A stretch of 64,000 nucleotides of DNA from an uncultured Chloroflexota bacterium (GTDB taxonomy: Bacteria; Chloroflexota; Dehalococcoidia; Lucifugimonadales; Lucifugimonadaceae), in contig CAJWJL010000001.1 in assembly GCA_913042135.1 (NCBI GenBank), positions 29,540 to 93,539 of the forward strand. Reading direction: 5' to 3'. Positions within the stretch are counted from its first letter, which is position 1; each line of letters begins with the position of its first letter. The translations under genes were made by a program, and so were the position numbers. Under the pieces are notes generated by a model that was given only the letters and a program-made list of their open reading frames with translations, made no database searches and was not told the origin of the DNA. Of this stretch, positions 56,601 to 64,000 are shown piece by piece.

Positions 56601-57330
56601 TTCTCTGGATGTGAACGGACTTGTTTATGCACACTCCGGAAATGTGGGTTTTTCTGATTTGGTAAAAGAAGGGAAATATGAGACTTTTCCCGTAGACGAT
56701 GACGGCATTATTCCGTTAACTGATCAAGAATGGTTCCCTGATGATGCAACCAATCGATTCCGTGATTTTGTCAATGTCGTTTGGGGAGAATACCACCTTC
56801 AAGAAAACCTCGACTTCGTAGCCGATTCTCTCTGCCTGCACGCTATCAAACCGAAGAAATCCGAATCGTCGATAGATACGATTCGTCGGTACCTGTCTAC
56901 CCAGTTCTATAAAGACCACCTAAAGACCTACAAAAAACGACCAATTTACTGGCTGTTCAGCTCTGGCAAGCAAAAGGCTTTCGAGTGCCTGGTTTATCTG
57001 CACCGGTATAACGAAGGTACGCTGGCGCGTATGCGTACTGAGTACGTCATTCCCCTGACAGCGAAGATGGCGGCTTATGCTCAAAAGCTGGAGAACGACA
57101 AAGAAGCCAGTGGATCGGCAGCGGAGGTGAAGCGGCTTGAAAAAGAAATTGCCCAACTGCACAAGCAGCAGGCTGAGCTGAGTGAGTTCGATGAGAAGTT
57201 GCGCCATTATGCTGACCAGAGAATAAGCCTGGATCTGGATGATGGCGTAAAGGCCAACTACGGCAAATTTGGTGATTTGCTGGCAGAAGTGAAAGCCATT
57301 ACCGGCGAGGCTCCGGAGGCTCTGTCATGA
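53665..57330 (+). CDS. pglX: BREX adenine methyltransferase PglX (BrxX)
   Basis: AY.WFNRLCAIRYME, PAATQLFTPNWIV, DPAVGSGH, VVANPPY, KKRPIYW, DLDDGVKANYGKF. Confidence 0.95.
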   Translation: MNTNNVKKYAPKARKAFIEAMSKQAAKYGITKKKIEPAEQKGDLVLIGDRPFPASVIKPRERLVKRIEQQGFDQVMEHVAYSWFNRLCAIRYMERKGFLDHGRRVLSATDGSAGVPQILEECLDVELPGLDQAKVRELKLDGTKDEELYRELLLAQCHALHQAMPFLFEAVADESELLLPENLTKTDSLIRDLVASVPDEDWEHIEIIGWLYQFYISEKKDQVMGKVVKSEDIPAATQLFTPNWIVQYLVQNSVGRQWLQTYPDSPLKEKMPYYIEPAEQTSEVQAQLSSLIPKELKPETLSCIDPAVGSGHLLIEAYKVFKAIYEERGYRTRDIPQLILENNLFGLDIDDRAGQLAGFALMMLAREDDRRIFSRNIRLNVLSLQESSNVNLPSIWRSLNLTGEWQSGTSQGLFEEEQQDLSAFAADNRYQLLQKTLERFKQAKTFGSLIDVPNEDYQSLKKLFTTLCELEGAGDSMQKAAAAQLMPYVYQAVLLAQRYDAVVANPPYMGNRKMNKLLKDFVSNSYPTSKTDMFSVFMERAFGLLKDNGYNSQINMQSWMFLSSYSGLRDHLINLHTIETMAHFGPRAFSQISGEVVQTTAWTIRKHHIESYKAKYYRLLEGGEQQKAKDLLSRKNEYVVSSEVYKSIPGSPLAYWVSDTVRRAFDLYPALSTFAKPRQGLATSDNDRFLRLWHEVSLGNACLDAKSRDEAKLSEKKWFPCQKGGGYRRWYGNHEYFVNWGDDGRELLDYAAKLYGSPTRTIKNIQFYFRDGLTWSTLSSAGMTMRYSPSGFISETKGAVCFFDSENEKLKTLAVLNSNIVDPLILTMSPTLDFHEGPVGLIPINRNIDESVISLSEECVAIAKDDWDSKETSWDFKRHQLSSYQGAVEVAIKDILDRARDKTGRVKECEERINEIVINSYGLNKEISPYVSASAITLDNNIHFAYSSILEETDKVKAYISDLFAEFISYSIGVMFGRYSLDVNGLVYAHSGNVGFSDLVKEGKYETFPVDDDGIIPLTDQEWFPDDATNRFRDFVNVVWGEYHLQENLDFVADSLCLHAIKPKKSESSIDTIRRYLSTQFYKDHLKTYKKRPIYWLFSSGKQKAFECLVYLHRYNEGTLARMRTEYVIPLTAKMAAYAQKLENDKEASGSAAEVKRLEKEIAQLHKQQAELSEFDEKLRHYADQRISLDLDDGVKANYGKFGDLLAEVKAITGEAPEALS

Positions 57331-59951
57331 ATCTGAACCAGCTTCGAGAGGGCCTTGAGCAGGCCTTCTACAAAGAGAACCATCGCCTGGTGTTCTGGTA
57401 TGACCCGGAGCAGTCATTTGTGGATGAGCTACCGTCCCTGTCTCTCGTGGACGTGCAGATCCTCAACATGGCCAATGAATCAGCATTGGGTACCAAGCTC
57501 AAATTGGAGTTGGAAGATAAGGCCGGTAAGTATCTCCTGTACTTCCCATTTGCCGAGCCAGATGTAGAAAGAGACTGGTTGCTCGACATCAAGTTGTACT
57601 CCAGATGCTTCTACGCCGATCGCTTCTCAATCATCTTCAATGAGCTTGGACTGCACCAGCAAAGCTTGAGAGAGCACCTCGCCAAGCGAGACAAATTCCT
57701 TGCCAGTAAAGCAAGGCTGACGGCTCTACAACGCTATGTTCAACCTGACTTTGATGAGTCTGATCTGGACATGGCCATGATCGCTTCTGTGGTGAAGGCG
57801 GAAAGCTGTGATCTCCCGCATGTGATCCTGGCGCTTGCTGAAGAAACAGTTGCGGATGACCTTGGACTGGAGGCCAATCCAGCTTCTCTCAACGAACTTG
57901 AAAAATACGACTTAATCCCGGCATTGGTAGCTGCGCTTCAGTCCGAAATTGGTTACCCGGCTACGGTAGAGGAGTTGAAGGGTGAAGCCCAATTCAAGCT
58001 GGGACATTTCTTTATCCGGTTGCTGGTAACCGGCTTCTGCGAGAGCGTCGGTGATGTACCTGGCTGGGCTCAAGAATTGGTAATGTCTTCGGCCAGCTCC
58101 CGTGCAACTGCCAGAGCATTACTTTCACGTTGGCGAGACAGTTCACGCTATTACAAAGCGTTCGATGCCGTGTCCGGGTGGGTGGCGATCGCGCTGCGCA
58201 TCAAAGACAAGATGGGTATATTCGATACTGACCAACTCAGCGATGTTGTCACCTTTGAGGCCGTGGAGCAGAAGATTATTGTCGATCTGGCCGTGGCCAT
58301 TCCTCATGCTCCCAAGGGGGAGTTGGAACGTTTCCGTGCAATGATAGCTTCTCGCCTGGACGGTTACTGGGCTTCCAAGCATAAAGACGACACGACGCGC
58401 CGGAAGTACCGCACCGTTTATACCGCATTGCAGGCTGCTATCGACCTCTTCAGCTTGCGTATTCAGCATGATAGCGGATTCCACTTTGAGTCGAGTGAAG
58501 CGCTATACAAGGCTTACGAGCGAGACCTATACCGCTTCGATATGGCCTACCGTCATTACTGTGAAGCGTCCCAGCGTGCTCATGTAGAGATCCTGAAGAA
58601 GCTCGATGACGAAGTGGAGAATTGTTACGCCTACTGGTACATCGACAACTTGGCGAAGAACTGGGGTGACCGCGTTGAGGCTGAGCAACGTCTCTCTCAG
58701 TGGCGCTTTCCTGGAATACCTAATCAGCAGGACTTCTTTCAGGGACTGGTGAAACCGTTGTTTTCCAAGGCTACCAAGCGCCGGGTTGTGGTCATCATCA
58801 GTGATGCCTTTCGCTATGAGGCAGCAGTGGAGCTTCGCGATCGAATCAACGACAAGCGTTACTCTGAAGCTACTCTGTCTTCCCAGCTTGGCGTTGTCCC
58901 AAGTTATACGACATTGGGGATGGCGTCCCTCTTGCCTCATAAAACGCTGGAGTATCGCGAATCAGCTTCAGATGACGTGTTTGTGGATGGCCAATCCAGT
59001 AAGGGCACAGCGGCAAGAACCAAGATCCTTGCAGCGCATGGCGGTCTGGCCGTGACAGCAGAAACCGTTAAAGCCTGGTCAAGGGATGAAGGCCGGGAAG
59101 CCCTCAAAGATCAGGAGCTGGTCTATGTCTACCACAATGTAGTGGATGCCCGAGGCGATAGCTCATCGACGGAATCAGAAACTTTCATGGCCGTTGAACA
59201 CGCTATCGAGGAGTTGACTGAGTTGAGCCGCAAGATCCTGATGCACTTCAACACATCGACGGTGCTCATCACGGCAGATCACGGTTTCTTATTCCAGCAA
59301 AGTAAGCTGGAGGCAGCCGATCGCTCGTCTCTGGCTGAAAAACCAACCAATGCCCTGAAGAACAAAAAGCGCTATGTGGTGGGCTTTGGTCTGCCAGATA
59401 CCAAAGAAGCGTGGAAGGGCTCAACCAAGGCAACAGCCGGAACAGCTTCAGATACTGATTTCTGGGTGCCGAAGGGTGCCAACCGATTCCATTTCGTGGG
59501 CGGTTCACGTTTTGTCCACGGTGGGGTTATGCCGCAAGAGATTGTCGTGCCGGTATTGACCGTCAAACAGCTTCGTGGCGAAAAAGCCGAGAAGCGTACC
59601 AAGCGAAAAGTAGGGGTCATTTCCACCAAGTCCACCCTGAAAATGGTGAACAACATCCAGAAGTTCGACCTGATGCAGACCGAAGTGGTCAGTGATTTGA
59701 TTACACCGGTCACGGTGTCAGTGGCCATCTACGACGGTGATAGCAAGATCTCCAGCGAAGAGACGGTGACCTTTGACTGTGCAACCGATTCGGTCGCGGA
59801 GCGGGTCAAGCAAGTACGACTCTCACTGTCTGGGACGGACTTCGATCGGAAGAAGGATTACTTCCTGGTGCTCAAGGACAAGGACCTGAATACCGAGATG
59901 GAGCGCTATAAGGTCACCATCGACTTGGCGTTTACCGATGACTTCTTTTAA
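57327..59951 (+). CDS. pglZ: BREX alkaline-phosphatase-fold protein PglZ (BrxZ)
   Basis: VFWYDP, WLLDI.LYS..F.AD, VIISDAFRYE, PSYT.LGMASLLPH, ITADHGF, FVHGG..PQE. Confidence 0.95.
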   Translation: MNLNQLREGLEQAFYKENHRLVFWYDPEQSFVDELPSLSLVDVQILNMANESALGTKLKLELEDKAGKYLLYFPFAEPDVERDWLLDIKLYSRCFYADRFSIIFNELGLHQQSLREHLAKRDKFLASKARLTALQRYVQPDFDESDLDMAMIASVVKAESCDLPHVILALAEETVADDLGLEANPASLNELEKYDLIPALVAALQSEIGYPATVEELKGEAQFKLGHFFIRLLVTGFCESVGDVPGWAQELVMSSASSRATARALLSRWRDSSRYYKAFDAVSGWVAIALRIKDKMGIFDTDQLSDVVTFEAVEQKIIVDLAVAIPHAPKGELERFRAMIASRLDGYWASKHKDDTTRRKYRTVYTALQAAIDLFSLRIQHDSGFHFESSEALYKAYERDLYRFDMAYRHYCEASQRAHVEILKKLDDEVENCYAYWYIDNLAKNWGDRVEAEQRLSQWRFPGIPNQQDFFQGLVKPLFSKATKRRVVVIISDAFRYEAAVELRDRINDKRYSEATLSSQLGVVPSYTTLGMASLLPHKTLEYRESASDDVFVDGQSSKGTAARTKILAAHGGLAVTAETVKAWSRDEGREALKDQELVYVYHNVVDARGDSSSTESETFMAVEHAIEELTELSRKILMHFNTSTVLITADHGFLFQQSKLEAADRSSLAEKPTNALKNKKRYVVGFGLPDTKEAWKGSTKATAGTASDTDFWVPKGANRFHFVGGSRFVHGGVMPQEIVVPVLTVKQLRGEKAEKRTKRKVGVISTKSTLKMVNNIQKFDLMQTEVVSDLITPVTVSVAIYDGDSKISSEETVTFDCATDSVAERVKQVRLSLSGTDFDRKKDYFLVLKDKDLNTEMERYKVTIDLAFTDDFF

Positions 59952-59980
59952 CCATGATTTGACGATAGAGCGTGCCGAGT

Positions 59981-62020
59981 ATGGAATCCGCTAACGATAA
60001 AGAATTAGATCAACTGCTGAATGAGCACTTTGCGGGTCGTGTGGTTCGCAAGGATCTCACCAAGCTCATTAAAGAAGGGGCGAATGTCCCTGTCTATGTG
60101 CTCGAATACCTGCTTGGCATGTACTGCGCGTCTGATGATCCAGACATCATTGAGCAAGGGCTGAACAACGTCAAAACCGTGTTGGCAGAGAATTACGTGC
60201 GCCCGGATGAGGCTGAAAAGGTTAAGTCCCTGGTGAAGGAGCGCGGAACCTATAAGGTCATCGACCGGGTTACCGTGAAGCTGAATGAACGCAAGGATAA
60301 ATATGAGGCCTCTTTCAGCAATCTGGGTATCAAGGACGCTGAAATTTCCTCTGGTATCGTCAAAGAGTACGAGAAGCTGCTGGTGGGTGGTATCTGGGTC
60401 ATTGCCACTTTGAGTTATTACCACGAGGAAGGGCAGACCGGTTCGCCTTTCGGAGTAACGCTGCTCAAGCCAATCCAGATGCCGAACATGAATATGGACG
60501 AGCTCTTCCAGGGGAGAGCTGCTTTGACAACGGACCAGTGGCGTGAGTGTTTGATACGGTCAGTTGGTATGGAGCCAGCGGCGTTAGGTGTCGATGTGCA
60601 ATGGCACATTCTGGCCCGGATGATTCCATTCGTTGAGAACAACTATAACGTCTGTGAGTTGGGTCCACGCGGGACAGGTAAAAGCCATATTTACAAGGAA
60701 TGCTCCCCCAACAGCATTTTGGTGTCTGGCGGCCAAACGACCGTGGCCAACCTGTTTTACAACATGAGTTCACGCCGAATTGGTCTGGTCGGGCTTTGGG
60801 ACTTGGTTGCCTTCGATGAGGTGGCCGGGATCTCCTTCAAGGACAAAGATGGTGTCCAGATCATGAAGGACTATATGGCTTCTGGTTCCTTTGCCCGTGG
60901 CCGTGAACAGATGGAAGCTTCCGCCTCTATGGTGTTTGTAGGCAACATCAACCAGAGCGTTGAGTCCTTAGTGAAAACAAGTCATCTGCTGGCACCATTC
61001 CCGGATGCCATGATCGACTCCGCTTTCTTTGACCGTTTCCATGCCTACATCCCAGGCTGGGAAATCCCCAAGATGCGCCCAGAGTTTTTCACCAACCGTT
61101 ACGGCTTGATTGTTGACTACCTGGCAGAGTTTTATCGGGAGATGCGCAAGCGCAGCTTCGCAGATGCTATCGAGAAATACTTTAAGCTGGGGAACAACCT
61201 GAACCAGCGTGATGTGATCGCGGTACGCAAGACAGTTTCTGGCCTACTGAAACTACTATTCCCGCATGGACAGTTCGATAAAGAGGATGTGCGCCAGTGC
61301 CTGGAGTATGCCCTTCAGGTTCGACGCCGGGTGAAGGAACAACTCAAAAAGATTGGTGGCATGGAGTTCTACGATGTCCACTTCAGTTACATCGACAATG
61401 ATTCGCTGGAAGAGCATTTCGTATCAGTCAAAGAGCAGGGTGGCGGTGGCCTGATCCCAGAAGGCCCTGGTAAGCCCGGATTCCTTCACACCATTGGTCT
61501 CAGCAACAAAGGGATGCCTGGCTTATACCGGCTGGAACTTCAGGTTACCAAGGGCTCCGGCAAGTTGGCCACATCAGGGCTATGGAACTCCAGTGCAGCT
61601 AAAGAGCAGGTGAAGATTGCCTTTGATTACTTCAAGGCTAACGCATCCAGGATCAGCGGTGGGAGTAAAGTGGGAGAACATGACTTCCATTTGCACGCAG
61701 TTGAGCTTCAGAACACCGGGCCATTCAGTCATCTGGCGCTCTCCAGTCTTGTTGCCTTTGCGTCAGGCCTCCTTGGTAAGCCTCTTCAGAACCAGATGGT
61801 GGTGCTGGGGGATATGAGTCTGGGCGGTTCCGTTACGCCGGTAGAAAGCCTTGCTGAGTGCCTCCAGGTCGCTTTTGATGCAGGGGCCAAGAAAGTGGCC
61901 TTGCCGATGAGCAGTGCAGCAGACATACCAACGATTCCGGCTGAACTGTTTACCAAGTTCCAGACAAGTTTTTACGCCGATCCGGTTGATGCGGTGTTTA
62001 AGGCTCTTGGGGTGGATTAA
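59981..62020 (+). CDS. brxL: BREX Lon-like protein BrxL
   Basis: GRVVRKDLT..IKEGANVPVYVLEYLLG, ELGPRGTGKSH, AFDEVAG, C-terminal Lon-like domain. Confidence 0.95.
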   Translation: MESANDKELDQLLNEHFAGRVVRKDLTKLIKEGANVPVYVLEYLLGMYCASDDPDIIEQGLNNVKTVLAENYVRPDEAEKVKSLVKERGTYKVIDRVTVKLNERKDKYEASFSNLGIKDAEISSGIVKEYEKLLVGGIWVIATLSYYHEEGQTGSPFGVTLLKPIQMPNMNMDELFQGRAALTTDQWRECLIRSVGMEPAALGVDVQWHILARMIPFVENNYNVCELGPRGTGKSHIYKECSPNSILVSGGQTTVANLFYNMSSRRIGLVGLWDLVAFDEVAGISFKDKDGVQIMKDYMASGSFARGREQMEASASMVFVGNINQSVESLVKTSHLLAPFPDAMIDSAFFDRFHAYIPGWEIPKMRPEFFTNRYGLIVDYLAEFYREMRKRSFADAIEKYFKLGNNLNQRDVIAVRKTVSGLLKLLFPHGQFDKEDVRQCLEYALQVRRRVKEQLKKIGGMEFYDVHFSYIDNDSLEEHFVSVKEQGGGGLIPEGPGKPGFLHTIGLSNKGMPGLYRLELQVTKGSGKLATSGLWNSSAAKEQVKIAFDYFKANASRISGGSKVGEHDFHLHAVELQNTGPFSHLALSSLVAFASGLLGKPLQNQMVVLGDMSLGGSVTPVESLAECLQVAFDAGAKKVALPMSSAADIPTIPAELFTKFQTSFYADPVDAVFKALGVD

Positions 62021-62060
62021 TGAAAGGCAACGAAATGAAATCAGGGTTAGAAGGACGTTC

Positions 62061-63482
62061 ATGAAACAGGTCGAAATCGAAAATCAGTTACGAGAAGTTG
62101 TCAGCAGGCTGATAACTGAGATTGATCTGGCAACGAAGCAGGGAAGGCTTGATGTTAACCTGATTTCTGAAGATGCCTGGATACCTATCCTGAAGGAGGT
62201 TTACCAGTGCCCGAATCTTGTAAATCTGAATAGAAAACACAAGAACTTCCCTGGCATTGATTTAGGAGATGAGCAGGACCGGGTTGCCTTCCAAGTAACC
62301 TCGTCCACAGACCTTGAGAAGGTCAAATCGACCTTGGAGCAGTTTAAGAAACGCAATTACAAGAATGCCTTTGACGAGCTCTATATATTCACGCTGCGTT
62401 CTAAGCAGAAAAGCTACTCTCAGGATGCGATTGATAACGTCATTGGTGATGAAATACGCTTTGATGCAAAGGAGCACATCATTGATCCTGGCGATATTTT
62501 GGCTCAGATAACCGGGTTACGGTTGCCAGCACAAGAGAGAATGTTGCAGGAGTTTCGCGCGATACTAGGAGATGTAGAAGCATCGGTCGAAGAGTTAAAC
62601 GCGCCCGAGAATGCTCCGTATATCTTAGTTTCAAATCTCATTGAGGTTACACCTCCAAAGGAATTGTATGTAGCCGAATTGTGCATCGACGAAGAAAGCA
62701 CAATTGCAGCGGCCAAGCGCGATTTGAACTACAACGGGAGACGCCCTAACAAGCATCTATTGGTGAGACTAGCTTTACAGCTCGCTGGGTTAGATTGTCA
62801 TGGCTGGGCGATATTTGAGAATCGCATTTTCACGTTCTATGACATGGAGCGTGAGTCGGCTTTCAGATCCATAGTAGACGTTGGAAGTATCGAAGAGCTC
62901 ACGACGGAAGATATTTCACAACATGAACTCGTTGAATATCAGAATCTTTTCAAGTATCTGATGAAGGATACACTCCGGGATCAGCTTCATGCGTTCAATG
63001 TAAATTGGAGTAAGCAACAAAATCAATTTTACTTTTTGCCTGATGAAAAAGACTCTGAGCAGAGAAGGGAAGAATGGGTTGGTAAAAAGCTCTCACGAAG
63101 AAGAGTTTTTGAAAAGAAGTACCAGACGAAAGACCCAACAAAAGTAGCCTTCTTCAAGCACTTGGCATTTGACATCTCATTCATTGATGTTGACTCACAG
63201 TGGTATGCCACTGTTACCCCTAGCTGGTACTACACATGGAATCTGTATAAGCGCAATCGATTCCATGATGATCTTCTCTCAAAGCAGAAGCGTCTTGAGC
63301 ATAACAATTCCGTTAGAGATCAAGTTAGATTCATCGGGTATTTCCTTGCTAATAGCCGTAATGATAACGATTTGATCTCATTTGGCGAATTGGTCGAATT
63401 CCAATGTTTGTCCAACATATCACTCGAAGAAAACGACGAGCTGGAAGAAGTGTTGGAAGAGGAGGATGCCAGTGCAAATTAA
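62061..63482 (+). CDS. SMEK-domain/APAZ fusion (putative short-pAgo effector subunit)
   Basis: Start at ATG 62061 (RBS aagga). N-terminus D.N..SE..W..IL..VY...L.NLN....NFPGIDLGD....AFQVTS...K+..TL..F (SMEK-like). C-terminus LVSNLIEV..P..LY, H.AF...F......WY..VTP.WY.T, K+LEHN..V (APAZ-like). Confidence 0.75.
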   Translation: MKQVEIENQLREVVSRLITEIDLATKQGRLDVNLISEDAWIPILKEVYQCPNLVNLNRKHKNFPGIDLGDEQDRVAFQVTSSTDLEKVKSTLEQFKKRNYKNAFDELYIFTLRSKQKSYSQDAIDNVIGDEIRFDAKEHIIDPGDILAQITGLRLPAQERMLQEFRAILGDVEASVEELNAPENAPYILVSNLIEVTPPKELYVAELCIDEESTIAAAKRDLNYNGRRPNKHLLVRLALQLAGLDCHGWAIFENRIFTFYDMERESAFRSIVDVGSIEELTTEDISQHELVEYQNLFKYLMKDTLRDQLHAFNVNWSKQQNQFYFLPDEKDSEQRREEWVGKKLSRRRVFEKKYQTKDPTKVAFFKHLAFDISFIDVDSQWYATVTPSWYYTWNLYKRNRFHDDLLSKQKRLEHNNSVRDQVRFIGYFLANSRNDNDLISFGELVEFQCLSNISLEENDELEEVLEEEDASAN

Positions 63483-64000
63483 GATTCTTGAGGAGCCGAA
63501 GCTGGAGTTTGCCAATGGAACACACATCTGTCCAAAAGCAGGCATTGAAACCCTTGGCGTATATGACAAAAACGATGAATTCCGGCAAAGCGAGTTGAGA
63601 CTGGGAATCGTTGGGCGCGGGGAAGGTGTAGATCTGTTAGATCTCTGGATAGCAAAATGCCAAGAAGGAATAGAGGCGAAGGAGTCAAAATATTCCAATC
63701 TGTTCAGAGGGTTTGGGGGATTCACACAGCATCACGGTTTCTATGCAAAATTCCTGTATGGACCGACTCTAACCAGAACAATCCAGAAATCAGAGCTAAA
63801 CAAAACGCTGAAAATTCAATCCAGGGAAGAGCGAGTCAAGGTATGTGTTGACCTTTACTTCGATCAAATCCGGTTTCTTGCCGAGCATCGGCCTGTGGAT
63901 GTCATTATTTGCGTTATCCCAAATGATATGTTCGATGCGCTGACCAAGGAGAAGGGAAAGGATGAAGATCCAGAAAACTATGATGGCGACTCGAACGATG
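63472..64000 (+). CDS. Short prokaryotic Argonaute (MID-PIWI type), 3'-truncated by the window end; not in the ORF track
   Basis: GTG 63472 after GGAGG (in-frame ATG at 63466); MQIKILEEPKLEFANGTHICPKAGIETLGVYD...LRLGIVG...NLFRGFGGF...VDVIICVIP; open to base 64000. Confidence 0.8.
   Translation, partial: MQIKILEEPKLEFANGTHICPKAGIETLGVYDKNDEFRQSELRLGIVGRGEGVDLLDLWIAKCQEGIEAKESKYSNLFRGFGGFTQHHGFYAKFLYGPTLTRTIQKSELNKTLKIQSREERVKVCVDLYFDQIRFLAEHRPVDVIICVIPNDMFDALTKEKGKDEDPENYDGDSND

Larger units (their letters stand above)
1..64000. mobile_element. Internal part of an MPF-G (PFGI-1/ICEHin1056-like) integrative conjugative element or conjugative plasmid; both ends lie outside the window
   Basis: Syntenic MPF-G T4SS operon, ssb/RecT/Exo module, KfrA, DsbA and a defence island. 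No housekeeping genes, tRNA, integrase or relaxase seen. Confidence 0.85.

Noticed and set aside
61914-62060. 522-aa version of the SMEK gene from the ORF track
   Set aside because: It overlaps brxL by more than 100 bp; ATG 62061 has an RBS and starts the domain.
63349-63851. Short ORFs listed at the window end
   Set aside because: They are shadows of the stop-less Argonaute reading frame starting at 63472.
1-64000. tRNA/rRNA genes, IS transposases, att sites, LexA boxes
   Set aside because: None recognised by eye; a computational scan could still find weak sites.

Overview
This window is an internal segment of a large gammaproteobacterial conjugative element, most likely an ICE of the PFGI-1/ICEHin1056 (MPF-G) class. 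No integrase, relaxase, replicon or att site is visible, so a conjugative plasmid is not excluded. Layout: (1) 1-13.7 kb, a syntenic MPF-G type IV secretion operon ending in TraG_N. (2) 13.8-27.6 kb, accessory genes including lipoproteins, a DUF4942 N6-methyltransferase, an orphan receiver protein and a spermidine-synthase/split-Cas4-like operon. (3) 28-40.8 kb, an SXT/IncC-like early region (ssb, RecT/Bet, YqaJ exonuclease, CbbQ/MoxR AAA, DUF3150, vWA, toprim) punctuated by about 8 related structured intergenic elements. (4) 41-47.7 kb, XRE, KfrA, membrane/secreted proteins and a DsbA-family gene. (5) 47.8-64 kb, a BrxR(WYL)-headed defence island: a complete type I BREX followed by a SMEK-APAZ gene and a short prokaryotic Argonaute that is missing from the ORF track and runs off the window end. 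Top findings: the SMEK-APAZ/short-pAgo pair appended to BREX; a family of pseudoknot/bistable RNA-like repeats upstream of early genes; two recurring element-specific promoter motifs (GGGTCA-N8-TGACCC-N30/40-[-10] and AGTTGCTAG...GTGAGATA); and a Cas4-like nuclease whose Fe-S ligands appear split over two genes. All family assignments are by eye from motifs and synteny; no database search was run.
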